Below, in pieces: positions 1-14,100 of a DNA stretch of 64,000 nt (position 1 is the stretch's first letter; each line of letters begins with the position of its first letter). Position numbers and translations under genes: made by a program. The notes below the pieces were generated by a model. It did no database searches. It saw nothing but the letters and a program-made list of their open reading frames with translations, and was not told the origin of the DNA. Origin of the DNA: Stylophora pistillata (taxonomy: Eukaryota). Location of the stretch: positions 833,714 through 897,713 of the forward strand of contig NW_019217837.1 in NCBI RefSeq assembly GCF_002571385.2, read 5' to 3'.

Positions 1-1428
1 AAAAACAAGAACAAAGGAAAAACGTCACGGACTAAGTTCAACTAAACATTCCGCCCGCCTTGGGACGATTCGGTTGGACGATCGCCCAAAACTCCTGGTT
101 CAGCTCAAGTTTAGGTCTTCTCAAAATCATTTTCCAGTAGGCACAGCTTCTGAATCGGGCGTATGAACACGGAGTCTTTCGATTTGACTTTCGCTGTGCG
201 TACCATTCCATCGGCCCCAGGGTAGGTCTCCAGGACCCGTCCAAGACTCCAATGCCGTCTTGGTACGTTTTCATCAACCAGTAGGACCAGAGCACTTGGT
301 TTTAAATTGGGCAGGGCTTTGCGCCATTTTCCTGGAATTTGCAGGGTTGACAGGTATTCCCGTAGCCATCGCTTCCAAAACAGGTCTGCCAGGAATTGGA
401 CTTGCTTCCATTTCCTCCGGTAGTTGTCAGCCTTCTCGAACGCGCTTGGAGGTAGGCAGTTGGACTTTCTTTGCATCAAAAAATGCGCAGGAGTGAGCGG
501 CTTCAAGTCGTTTGGGTCATCTGAGTTGGCAGTGAGTGATAGCCCATTCAGCACTCGTTCGACTTCTGGGTTTCAAGAACTGGTTCTGTCACTACTTGAG
601 TTCCGACGATTGCCTTTAGAACGGTCTTGGTACTGCGCACCATCCGCTCCCAGATCCCCGACATGCTAGAAGCGGTAGGGGGCTGAAAGACCCATTTGCA
701 ACCTCTCTGCAGCAGTTCCCGATCAATCTGTTGTTGGTTCCACGACTTAATCGCTTCTCTAAGTTCCCTTTCAGCTCCGACGAAATTTGAGCCTCGGTCA
801 CATCTTAGTTCAAGTACTTCACCGCGACGGTTAATGAATCTTCGTAGACACAGTAGGAAGTCGTCCGTACTCATCGACTCAACCAATTCAAGGTAGACCG
901 CACGAGTATTTAAGCAGGTAAACAGACAGCAACAGCGTTTAGCTGTTCCTCTTCCCTGCTTTACATATAGGGGTCCAAATAGGTCCATGCCTGAGTACGA
1001 AAATGGAGGTTGATAGGCCATCATGCGACTTTTCGGGAGAGGAGCCATTTGCTGAGTCATCGGCTTCGCTTTCAACCTCTTGCACAGGATACATCGTGCG
1101 AGGATGGATCGAGCCAAAACTCTAATCTGAGGGATCCAATACTTCTCGCGTACCTTTGCTATCAGGTGCTCGCGGCCAAGGTGGCCGATCGATTCGTGGA
1201 TATGGCGGACAATCATGGCTGTTACTGGGTGATTTCGTGGCAGAATCACCTGGTTCCTAGCAGCGTCAGCGACTGGCGGTGATGTCACGCGCCCTTTGAC
1301 TCTCAGAATACCGCGGTCATCAAGCACTGGATTCAGGCTGACAATGTTACTGGATGACTTAACTTCACCTCTGGCCTTCAGGTCTTTAACTTCTTGGGAA
1401 TAGGCTGAACGTTGGACAAGTCTTCGCT
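1..1428 (-). mobile_element. BEL/Pao LTR retrotransposon, 3' part (integrase, C-terminal DUF5641-like domain, PPT, start of 3' LTR); frameshifted
   Basis: ORF 548..1327 has the integrase zinc motif (HESIGH...CILC) and rve core (GMDLFGP, RCDRGSNFVGA, GIWERMVRS). ORF 111..554 has BEL C-terminal motifs (PLTPAHFL, FWKRWLREYL, GADGMVR, RPIQKLCLLE). Purine tract AGGCGGGCGGAA (60..49) is followed directly by TGT at 48, the LTR start, which runs off the window. Truncated by the N gap at ~1429. Confidence 0.93.
111..1428 (-). pseudogene. BEL/Pao pol C-terminus (integrase) broken by a frameshift/deletion near 550-590
   Basis: Two overlapping ORFs in different frames join at VLETQKSNEC / LNGLSLTANSDDP, where intact copies read through a ...VE.ILN.RPLT motif. 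Confidence 0.85.
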
Positions 1429-2126
1429 ANNNNNNNNNNNNNNNNNNNNNCGGTAAGAGTCACGTCCGCTTTTCTAGTAGTGAGCCTGGGCTGCCTGTGA
1501 GCCACCCAAGAAGTTGTATTTGAGAACTTAGATTAGAAATGCATACTTGGTCTAACAATTTTACAAACGTGTTAATTGGGTTCTTTTCCAAAACGCATCA
1601 GAAAGTTTCAAATTTGGATTGCGTGCAGTTCATAGTTAGAACTGCTACTCATGGTTCAGGGTCAAATGAATGAATCTGTATATTGGAACAGCGAGGCACA
1701 GATCGAGATTTTCCATCAGTTCCCAGTAGGAGCTTATATAAAAAGATAAAATTAAATTCAGCTGTAATAAGTGTGTTCTGCTTGAATATATCAGGAATCT
1801 TAGTCACGGTCGTTGCTGCAGGTCTTCGCTCGCTTCTTTTCTAGTAAACGTTAATATGGAGTTGTTGTTTCAGTGTTTTACTCAGAGAAAAAGAAAAAAA
1901 AGGAGACGTAATATTTAAAGTCAAATGTTGGCTGATTACGAATCAAATTGATTTGTTTAGTTTGAGTTCTAATCGTTCTTTTAGGAGTTTTGACCTCTTA
2001 ACTTGCTTCTGTGGGTATTTTAGCTAAACCCTAAATCTAGGCACAATGCATAAATCTTTCTTGTCTTCCAGTTAAAAGTTACTTCTCTGGATTATATTTT
2101 CTGTTTACAACTTATATCATTTTTAG

Positions 2127-5100
2127 ATACAATCAGCCCCATCACGCATCAATGGTCTTTCAACGATCCCTATCCTTATAAGGACCACGTGTCGGGACAA
2201 GACGTTTTAAAGCTCATCGGCACCACATTAAACAACACAGACTACCTTAGCTTAGTTGGTCATTCCTGCTTGATATTAGGATCATTTACAGATCTTTGTC
2301 TTAAAAACATAACGGTTTGTGATTCCGAGTTCTCTTTGGCATTCTGGCTACTAATAAAGCATACCGCAACGGACCCTCAAATATTTCTTGGCACGTCTAC
2401 AAATGATTTCACAGACCTGAAAGGTGTTTTTGTCTACCAAAATGAAACGAACGATACCGAAAGGAAAGTCGTAGTGGAGATTATGGTTAGTGGGCTTAGC
2501 TGGAAGGAGCCACTCAAAATTCAGCAAGAGATTTGGAATTTTATCGTGATAACTTGGAGAGCAGGAGACGGTCGCGAAAACCAATTAGCCACCTACATCA
2601 ACGGAAAGTTAATTAATTCATCTGTGGTTGAAATGGAAAGTAATCTTTCGAAATACATCAAGCTGAGGGGAAACTTCCCAAGGCAGGTTCTACGTACGGA
2701 ATTGTACTTGGAGAGTGGAGGATTATATGATGAAGTTATAACATGGAATAGATCACTGCATGGCTTTGAAGTGAGGAGAGCATTCCAGTCACAAATGAGT
2801 AGGTTCACGTCAGTAGCCTGAATTTATTACACGACTCGGGAAGTCAGAGGGCCAATAACTAAAATCAACCAATCAAAATGCTCTATTGCCGGTCAATATT
2901 CTCTCAGTATTGGACCGGGCACTGTCCCGAATGATCCCGAATGATACCGCACTTGTGTCCCTTTGAACTTCAGTCGTGTAATAAATCTCTTATTAACCAA
3001 GCTTGCTCGGGACCGTACTGGAAGAATATCGGCCCTCGGTCTTTTTTGTACGGACCTCGCTGCGCTCAGTCCGTACTGTCAAGACCTCGGGCCGATATTC
3101 TCCCAGTACGGCCCTCGCGCTTGGTTAATAAGATATATATATCATGAACAAGTAGGTTAGACTATTTAGTTTTTAGCGTGTACTTCTAGAAACCATCAAC
3201 GTAGCTGCTTTTTCCAGTATTTTTTCAAATTCTATGACCTATGGTTATTCTGTGGTATGAAAGGAACAGAGGATTAATCGAACCACGCCATTTATTACAT
3301 GTACTTAATTGTGATACCCATTGACGTATTTTCAGGAAACTCCTCAAGTCAGTCTTTTTTTTTCATTTCAATCAATTACAGATAAACTCTCAAAAATACA
3401 CTGCACAGCCACAAATACCTCTCTAAACGTGACCTGGAAGGTTATAAAGCGTAAGTTATTTCAGATAAGGAAATCAACGTACAGGATTCAAGTCTGGAGA
3501 AATAAAACGCATGCGCAAGTTTTAAACAAAGTCCTTGACTATCCAACTGATCACCATTTTGTGAAAGATCTTGGTAAGTCTGTTCATATTTGTTATTTCA
3601 GGTAAGGTTCTATTAAATTTGTGCCCCTAACAACTTCGAAAAGATTTAAATTTACAGCCCTTTGAAGGTGACCGGAGTTCGCCGGAGAGACAAAATGTCA
3701 TTTGTTCGCAAATAAGTGTGGTAAGCTGCTGTTATCCCCTTTTTTCGGGTATTTCTTAATATCGAAAATGCAGAATAAGTAACATCGGTTTGAAACACGG
3801 ATTTCGTTGGAAGTCATAGCAACAAAGTCAATGTACAAAAAAAGAATTAATTATATAATAGAGAAAATTGACATGATCGTAAATAAACAAATATGCAAGA
3901 TTATGTGAGCGGGGACATGATAATGGACATAATCAGTTTCCTGTTTTAAACACTACGTTAGATCTTAATTAAACAACCAGAGGAAATTCACTCCCTTTTA
4001 TTTCACTTTCTTCAGCACCATACACCTCGTATAAGATTCGTCTCTGGAGAGAAGACAGTAAAGATAACAGGTGTCTTGGGGCTCTGCTCTGCCGCACAAA
4101 ACAAGGAGGTAAAGAAAAATAATCTGGTTACTTTCATTCAGTGTGTTCACGTAGTGACACCTTTAAGTTTCCGGGTAATATAAGGTGCTTCAAATTTAGT
4201 CACTGCATGAAACCAATAAACTCATCTCGTATATATCTTTATGATAACATGTTTAAGACTGTCGTGGGATCGGTGATGGTCAGACAAGAACTTTCTAGAT
4301 ATTATGAGTGGATTGATCAGTGTAATCAAAGGAAATTGTCTCAACTCTGTCAATTGCCGAACGCGTCACTTCTAATCAGAGACTAACTATCATTGTTTAA
4401 TATATAATTTATATTACTACAAGTAACTTCTGTGGGCTAGAAGATCATATTATATCATACCAAAACACATCCAGCTAAGAGCTTTTTTCAAAGTATGTTT
4501 AGTTACTTGTATAATTAACCTTACACTTTGTGTAAGGAAAGTATAATTTTCAGTACACACATGGATAATAAAGAGAAATGTCCTGAACGGTATACAGTCC
4601 TTATTCAACAAAATGATTATACATCAGTATATCGTTCCGTATACATAATGTAAAATGCTTCATGGAACCTCCTCATATTCGTCATTTCATGTAGTGTTTT
4701 GTTTTTAATCAGTACCTTCAGATATTCAAAATCTGACGATAGCTTCCTTTAACTCGACTTCACTTTTGGCACAATGGTCTCCGCCTGTTAAAGTTAATGG
4801 TATAATCCGAGGTTATAGTATTGAGGTAAGAGGTTAACTTTGCCTGATACTCGAATCAGCTTTTAGCCTTTTTAATCTAGATGTGCTTACGGCCGATTAT
4901 CTCGTGTTTACAATCAGTATTGCACATGCATGGTTATCTTTAACTACTGGAACTTCAAGTCGGACCCTCATTGCATTTGTCTACACTTGCATTAATAACA
5001 AAAAGGCAAATGTATCAATATGTTAGTAGCTGTATAGATAATGTTGAATATAATAATATAATAATATAATAATATAATAAAATAATAATATAATATAATA

Positions 5101-8100
5101 ATAATCTTTGCGGTTCAGGCGAGACATTTAAAGCAATCCGCATTCAGTTATCTATATACCAAATTCTGCCGGGTGCAAATTGGTTCACTATGTTTTCTCC
5201 ATTTAAAGTTATTTGAAAAGGCAAGTAAGAAACGTCTCATAGCAGTTAAAGGCGCTGAAAGCTACCTGATAACTGGTCTCATAGCTAACACCGAGTACAC
5301 CGTAGCAGTACAAGGCTTTACGTCCGCAGGGATTGGTCCGCTGTCACAAACCAAGACGGCCAAAACAAATAAAGTACCACCTGTTACAGGTATGCGGAAA
5401 GTATTATTTTTGGTTGCACTGCTTCGCATATGGACCTCTCTGGGGCTCATAAAGAACTTCAGTCATGTAGATGCGTATTTATTATTGAGCCTGGACCAGA
5501 TGTATCATCCAGTACATCCCTATTCTTTCAATAGTTTCGCGTGATAAAAGAGTACAACGACGGACTGCAAATATCTAAGGCCAAACCCCTAGGATTCTGT
5601 TTTGCTCCTATACACAAGCAAGTTGGCTACTTTCTTTACTTGTACAATGAATATATGAAGTTCATATATTTGAACTGCGGTATTAAATACGTATGATGCA
5701 CGATCCTTCGCAGTAGATAGCGCTATTTATGCAATAGCGAAAATCAGACCTGAAAAAAATCAGGCCTGTACGGGATTCGAACCACTGACCTCTGCGATAC
5801 AACTGGAGCGCTCTACCAATTGAGCTAACAAGCCAACTGGGAGCAGGCCGTTAACTTGATTCCTAAAAAACCCGTGATTACTATGAATAAACTTGTGTTA
5901 TCTATTTCTTTCTGGTCGCACGTTTACCCTCCCTTTTTTAATTTTCTTGTTTTCTAAATTAATTTTTTCTCTATTATTTCGAAAAAGAAAAGCCCAAAAA
6001 CGTCACCGCCATTGCTCTGAGCTCGGACATCATCAAAGTCACTTGGATACCTCTTGACCAAAGAGAGGAAGTGCAATCATATGACGTAGAATACTGGTCA
6101 TTAGATTGCACCAGAAAGAGAGTGGGTAAAACTGCTGATGTACTGCTGAAAAGTCTTCCTCAATACACAGCATTTAAAGTTAAGGTTCGAGGTCGGAACA
6201 CACAGTATGCAGGTCCGTGGGAGATGGCGAGGGAGGTGAATACATTAGGTCAGTCCACTGAAAACGTTGCCCCTTTATAAAATAATTCAGTTTTATCTAC
6301 TATGCGTTGGCTGTTGATAAACAGCACACTTCCTTGTCATATTTGCATGTCAAGAGAAACTCAGCTACAGCAGGAAACCAATGCTGGCAGAGTTTTACAC
6401 GGTTAAGTCACTAGAGAAAGTGTCAAATGTCGCTCACATTTGCTTCAACTAGACTTTGATGAATGCACCCAGCAACCATGCCATGAGGAAGCGGCGTGTA
6501 AAAATGTACCTGGATTGTATGAGTGTAGCTGTGGGAAAGGATTTACTGGGGATGGATTTAACTGGTGCGAAGGTAAGAAATTTCCAACAGGTCCTGCTTA
6601 GTTAGAAATCTGTCAAATTACTCCGCTTTTACATAAAGTGTGAAATGTAAAGTTTGATATAGCTCATTACAATTTCGTTTACAGTTTCGTTAAATCTGTA
6701 GCAGACCTCTCACCCCATCTCTCGTGGGAAGTTTGAAAGGGTAAAAAAGTTCATAACCTGAGAATGATGTGATGGGAGTAAATTGAATTAAATCAATCAT
6801 TAGGACCGATACCCTCAGAAAATGATAGCATATTACAGCGGTCGGGAAAAGGACGCCATAATAGGACGTTTGATGACTTTAGAATGACTAACTTTAAATG
6901 GTTGTTCTTCGGGTGGACAACAGAAAAAAAAATAAAAATACGAAATCACGATACCGTGGTCCATTGTGAAAATGTGTGCTCCGAAAGGATAAACAACGGA
7001 AACTTAACTCATAACCTTATTCCTGAACATATTAAGTCAGCCTCGTCCCTGCCAACTTTTAAAACGGCACTTAAGACTTACCTTTTTCGTCGCCACTTCC
7101 GTGATGAGTAATGTCACCTTTGTAGTTTAAGTGTTTTATTTTTATTGTTGTTATTGATAATTTGTTATTGTTATTATTTTTATTATTTATTGTAAGCGCA
7201 TTGAGATTCTTAAATGCGTATTAAGAACGTTCATTATTATTATTATTATTATTATTATGAGCTAGGAAAGCTCGTTACAAAAGTGTGCGTGTAAGTGTTC
7301 GTGTACGGAAATACACAGCAGCCAGTGATAATCCGCCAGAACAAAACCTCACGAAATTGGTCAACCAACCTCTTACGATTGAAACATCTCCTTTTTCCTT
7401 TTTCTTTCGTAGTCGATTCGGGTAATAGTTTTGACGACGACTTCTGCCAGCAGGAGTTGTTCAGAAATATAACTTGGTTGCGAACTCCAAAGGGGAAAAC
7501 CATTCAGCGAGGTTGTCCGTATGGATTCTCAGGTACTCTAAAGCAAGTATTTAAGTTGACAAAACTTCTTAAATTTGAGTTAATAAAGGTCGCGACATTT
7601 TTGTGAACTCAGATCGATGATATTGTCTCTTAAGTTGCGGAGGTTGAAATGTATTATTTAATTTAAGGGTGGGCCAACCGCTCCTGTTCATCAAAGGTCA
7701 AAGCGTCCTGGCATGAACCAGATTTGACAAATTGTGTCTCCGACAAGTTCAGAAAACTCCAACTTCAAGTACGTACTATTTCTCTGAGTTATTAGTATAA
7801 TTAGTTGATTAGATTATCACTCTTAAGGTTATACTACCAATTCCGTCTGAAATTTTCGAAGTTACGTCTTCTCTTAAAAGGTATTCATAAAGGAATAAAA
7901 ATGTATAAGCGGAAAACGGCCGAACGTATAGTTACTCTACAATGAGTTCAATTTTAATTTTAAAAGCTAGTTAAGCTCGCGTTATTAAGACGTTTGAATG
8001 GTGCCTTGTGATGATGTTATTTGTTTTTTTGTTTGTTTTTTTTTTTATTGTTATTAATTTCTTGGCATATATTTGCCCTTCTGGACTGGTTTAGATTATT

Positions 8101-11100
8101 TCTAAGAATGAGATTGATTCCGACACTGCGGTATCTCTGGCCTACGAACTTTCAAAGCTTACGGACCCTACGCAAAATAGATTCACAGTCAGTGGCGACT
8201 TGGGCGCCGCTGTCGGAATGCTAGAACTTCTGGATCAAAAAACCGCACAAAATGCATCAATGAATCAGGAAAAAGCTAATGCTTTTGTGAAGGTAAGTGT
8301 AAGAAAAAGAAAGAAAGAAAGAAAGAAAGAAACATTCTGTTACAACGGGGGTCTGAAAGGCCACATGAGTAGTTTCGAGAATATAAATAGTGCAAAAAAG
8401 TAAGCGAATGTGGTCGTATCAAGTAGTTTGCAGTATGAAGAAACTGATTTTTTGTTGTTGTTGTTGTTCAACGGTCAAAAGCATCCTTCGAACAGTGGAA
8501 TTTTGTTTTGTATTTACAAGTTTTGGGCTGTCTTCCCCTTATAATCAATCATCACCTTTTGCAGAATGTAGTTAACGTAGCAAACAATCTTCTGGATGAA
8601 AGGACAATGGATGCCTGGCAAGATTCACCTCTGGTATGCTCTCACGTTTCTTGTTTTCTGTTAAATACATTCTCAACCGGTTACTGGGTAACATGTGATA
8701 ACGTCTTGCGGGATTCATCAGTGCTAATGTTTACGAATGCATCTGCTTCAAAGACTGATGTTGCAACTGAGTACCTACAAGGTTAATTAGATCCTGGTGG
8801 ACACTTTATCTAGCCTCTATTAATCAATTGAGACTTCTAAATGGCTTTACGGGTAATAACCCCTACCTGAAATGGCGCTGTTCAATGTGCTGAACAATAA
8901 ACACGTACCAAGCTTTAGTTAGAAAAGTGTTGCCGAAGAACTTTTCCCTTTGAATAACAAAGTTTAATGGCAAAGGAACTTGATTATATTGTTAAACCTG
9001 CTGGTAAGCTACACTTTCTTCTCTCCTGGTAGAAATCTCGTTCAGATGAAGCTACAAAGCTCTTGATCACTATGGAAAATATAGCTTTGAAGACTGCTTC
9101 ACTTTCAAACAGCACAAATACTTCCAGTTTTGACACTTCTAATATCGGTGAGTATTATTCACATTCATTCTAAAGCATACACTGTCATACCTAAGCCAGT
9201 CACCTGCTCTATTTTCTACGTCGATAAATAGCTATGTAAGATTATCTGAGTATAACTTAACTGCCGGTTCTAATTGCCCATATCAATGGCACGATATAGA
9301 CTCACAAATTCTGTCAAGAAAAGAGTATTTAAAAAGGGATTCCCATCATTCTATGAAAGTACACGGATCATTTATACAAGACTATGTTACATTACCTCTT
9401 TTCGTTTAGTGTTAAAATTTCGCTCAGTTAAGGAAGAGGATTCTATTGCTGACAGAGTGATCTTTTCCGCGTTGGATGATGGACTTGGAAGCAAAATAGA
9501 GATGCCAACATCTGAGTTACAAAGAAAAGGCAACAGTACATCTTCAGGTACATGTATTGTCTTGTACTAGCAAGTTCCCTTTTTAGCCCCTAAGTTATAG
9601 AGGAGACGAAACACATAGACCGCAACATGATAATATATTGTTATACAGTATATTTTGCATGACGAAGCTCGCTACAAAACGATGTATAAAGCTCTAGCCG
9701 TCATAGAAATTTGCATCATTCCATCGTGACTTTGACTAGATCTCTCTGTGTGGTCTCTACAGGGGCAGCTCATCATATTGCCTTTATATATATGAAGAAC
9801 ATTGCACAATTGCTGACCACCTCAAGGTAAGGTACACGGTTTCGTTGTAAATGAATAAAAATGGGTGAGAGTTTGCATGTTTTTTGATAACAATAAGCTT
9901 TGTATTGTTTCAGATTCTCTAGTGCTACTCAAGAGGAGAATATTAAGAGACTGAAGAGTGTGACTAATCCTGGTGTTATTTCACTTTCCACTCTTCCCAA
10001 ATCATCAGGCAACTTCGCAGATCCTGTGGTGATATTTTTTCACAATAACCAGGTGAGAAGAGGAAATTCTCATACGTATATTAACGTCTAAATTATTAGA
10101 TCCCATCTTGCCTTGATTCGAACAAACTCATCTTGAAGGTACTTACTTCATTTTTGAAACTAATCTATTATCAGATCAACACAGCGATCATGTGCGATCA
10201 ATTTTGATCTCTTACGCGCTTACTTTCCGCGCAAAATTTCAAAGGAAAACAAAAGAAATAGCCGTTATCTCGCAAAATAAACGTTCCTAAAAGGAAACAA
10301 AGTAGGGAAAAGGAAAACTCGAGTACAGTTATCCTGCTGATTTTAAAATTTCCAATTTGTGTTTATCAGGCCAGTTTGTTCATAACAGAATACAGGTGCA
10401 ACTTAAAGGGAAAGTTCAATTTATGGTTTACATTGACCGGTCCGATCGATCGGTTTTGCTAACATAATCGAAGAGATGACCGAGTATATAGTCGAATAAT
10501 GAAATGATACAGAGGTTCCACAACTAACCGTGTCGTGAACTATAATTGGACGTGCGTTGAAACAGTTAATTTGCTCTCAAAAGCCATGGAGCGTATTTTC
10601 ATATACATTTGTCGTTGTGATAACTTGTCACTGACGTCACTGGATTTGTTCTTTCAGAGTGACGTACGCCTCAAACCATTGTGCGTCTTTTGGAAAATTT
10701 CAAAGTAAGTCGCGAGGTCTTAGTGCTAATTCATAAACGCCATTTAAACCACTGTTATCATCGGCTGGTAACGCTGATGATATGCCATAAATTTCTGAGT
10801 TGGCCAGTTTTTTACTTTCCTTTTTCAGGGTTGGCGGCTCATGGTCCACCGAAGGTTGTTATATGAATTTGAAAAACTTGACCGTGACTGTTTGTCATTG
10901 TTAACATTTGACAAGCTTCAGCGTCCTTATGCAATATACACCGGATTCGCATATGGAGGTAAATTGGGTTCAAGTTGTGAGAAAATTTCTTTTCACTTTC
11001 TTCATCGTTTGTCACTCTCATTCTTCTGCCTCTCTGAGCATATTCTATATCTGTTAACCTAAGATCGATCTATATCTAAAATATTCATCTATACTTTTTT

Positions 11101-14100
11101 TTGAACGGTTATACATTGTGAAAGAAGACGTTTTGTAAGCAGTATACATTGTCCGACTATTTTTTTTTTTTTTTGTCTTCAGGTGACCAACCAAATTGCC
11201 TTAGGACTTGTTACGTATATTGGCATCAGCATATCCCTGATTTCACTAGTGCTGGCTTTTGTAACGTTTTGCTCGTTTGGGTAAGAACTTCCCGCACAAG
11301 AAAAGTTGATTACTTTTGTTTGCTTTTTTGATTACTTTTTTGTAATCAATGTAATGTTACTTTTTTGTTTGCACGTAGTGCCCGGTGTTGTGGTCTATCT
11401 TTGTGTAGTGTCTAATCTAGGGTGAATTGGGGAGGGAAGGTGAGATCAATACATGGACTGAAGTGGCTGCATAGTGCGCCTGATGAATTCTGACGTCCGA
11501 TCTCACCTTAACTGATTGTAAAGCGCGACTGATTATCTATATAGTAGTTTGCGCTATATAAATGTTAAATTGTTGTTGTTGTTTGTTTGAGAGGTGTTGG
11601 GTACATACTTATGGAAATCTCCCTCTCAGTTTCTCCACCTTAACATGAGAAAGTATGACATTGATCTTGTATAGTTGTGACTTGTAGTTTTTTCAGATGC
11701 CGAACAATAATCATGAGAACCTTCAGTAACCTACTATTTCCCACTGCTTTTTCTTAAGGTTTTTGAAATCGAATCGTAATTTTGCTCACATCAACCTGGT
11801 GCTATCGCTTTTTTTGGCCGAACTGCTGTTTGTTGTTGGTATGGAAAAGACACAGTACAAGGTACTTGATTATACTGTACAACAGTCTGGTTTCTCTCTC
11901 AACTCTTTGTACCAGAATCCAAATAATCACATGTCTAACAGAGGTTACAAACGTTCGTGTTCATGATACGACATATAGCTCATCAAATGAGCCATATCAT
12001 CGTTTGAACTTACTGAATGTCCTTCGTTCTAGTTAGCGTGTCATAACGGGATCTCTTCAGCCGGAAGTTAAAAGATACAATAGTTATCGCCGTATAAAAA
12101 TTTGTGGACAGTTTTTTTCGCACAAATCGCTCTGAGCCGGTGGAGGTTATGATTGCAAACTGATCGCTTATCTTTACTGCTGTGTTTGTTTCTAGACTGG
12201 CTGCTTTGTAATTGCCATGTTGCTACATTATCTATTTCTTGTCGCATTTTGCTGGATGGCAACAGAGGGAGTGATTCTTTATATCATGCTAGTTAAAGTT
12301 TTCCCAACATCAAGTTCGGGTCCAAGGAAAAGGATATTTTTCCTTTGCTCATGGGGTGAGCCAATTCTTTGTTAAATGTATGAATGTCGATGTAACAGTG
12401 CCAAACTTATAGCGGAGCTGATCCTTAAATCTTAATACACAATGATATGTTCAACCTAAAGCAGAAACTTAAGGACGTTAAAATGATGAAAAGGTGAGCT
12501 GAGAGATTTAATGAAAAAAAAATCGACAGAACTGAACTAAGCTGGGCTATTTTCATATCCTTCATTATGATTTGTGCGAATATCAGGTGTAAGACTTGGT
12601 TTGTAAAACTGTTGGATTAATAATTCAGCTGTGGAATATATGTTTGATTTTCAAGGTGTGTTCGATTCCAACAAATTCTTTTAATTCTAAAGGAATACCT
12701 CTCATACCTGTGGTTACAGCGTTCCTTATAGATAAAGAGGGCTACACTTCAGACAAACAGTAAGAGTTTTAATGTTTACAGACAATTACATTAATTAATG
12801 TAATGTCTGTAACTGGGTACACGCGCCATCAGAAAAGCCGGAGTGATCGCATCTCCGGAGTGATCGCATCTCGGGACAGCGGACGCGCGCTTCAAAATAC
12901 AAAACAAATTTCAAAATGGCGGCTTCTGAAGCATTTGAGGATGTTGTTGAAGAAGTCATTCGTAGTGACACTGAAGAGCTACAAGACTCCATTGATGAGG
13001 AAAGCGACCAAAAAACTGTAGCTATAGAGTCGGCTGTCAACTGTTTTACAGAATGCAGTGACCTGGGGGAAAATATCGCACTTTTTAAACAAGAGGCAAA
13101 AAGATATCTAAAAGGGCTTTAAGAACAACATGCTCGAGGGAACGATTCATTTGCCATTTTGTGTGAATCATCACTCAACACAGGGGTAGTGTTAAAAGAC
13201 GAAGCCTGTACATGGTTGGATTTAATCTACAGGAGGCTGTCAGCTCGTCAGCGAATTAGGAGACCGTGGTATTTGGAGTTTACCCGTGACATTCCAAAGG
13301 AAATTTTTTTAGCTCTTAAAAGGGCCTTTTCAACCAAAACAAATCATGAGCTAAGGAGCGATGTAGACATCGAAGGAAATCGTAAGGGCCTCTCAAACAG
13401 AATTGCATATTTGCCTTCTGTTTTTTACATGTTTCGAATTTTGACAGGAAAATCAATAGGACAGTTCAAAAGTTATTTGAGAAGGAAGACACCTGGGAAG
13501 GGCAAAGCAAAAGTCCTTATTAGGAGGTTTAAGGAATTCAAACTTTACTACAAGTATTCAAAGCGGCAAATGACTGTTTCGTGTCATTATGGTTTCTGGA
13601 ACATACATGGGTTTCCTTTACACGACTAAGTTTATTATGTTCAATTTGTAGTCTGTTAAAAATGCTTTTAATATGTTTCTTGCATTGTTGATTGTTTACA
13701 AGATAGGAAATAAATATGGGTTTTTAAAACCTCTGAACATTTCTTCTTGACAAATGAAAATTGAAAATTTTAATACTTTACTACAATGCATGTAAGGTAT
13801 GCATAAATACTTCAGTCTGGTCTATGTACTAAAAGCTTGTTGTAAATACATGTTATTCAATGGAATGATAATAAATTATTCATATACATTAACAGTACTT
13901 AATGCATGGTCAATAACTACAAATACAGCAAGTAACATACACAAGTATAAATACAGGCATCAAAATGCAAAATTCAAAAAAACTGGTATTTGATACCTTA
14001 TTTAAACAAGTTATGCAAGTAATAGTTCATGCCAAATTTTTAACATTGATTTGCATGTAACTACTTAAAGATCTAACTGCACATCAAAGACAATTGTTGC

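Noticed and set aside
1451-1557. 5' LTR of the BEL element
   Set aside because: It begins TGTTAGACC on minus, which does not match the 3' LTR start TGTTTAGTTG at 48; it may belong to another element but cannot be supported.
5764-5834. tRNA gene
   Set aside because: A and B boxes are present but the stems are imperfect and it is embedded in a repeat body; treated as a SINE head. The same applies to 57237-57310.
12916-13629. Calling the convergent ORF RAG2-like
   Set aside because: Its position fits, but it is short and shows no kelch-type GG repeats or PHD cysteines; only a structure search could rescue the idea.
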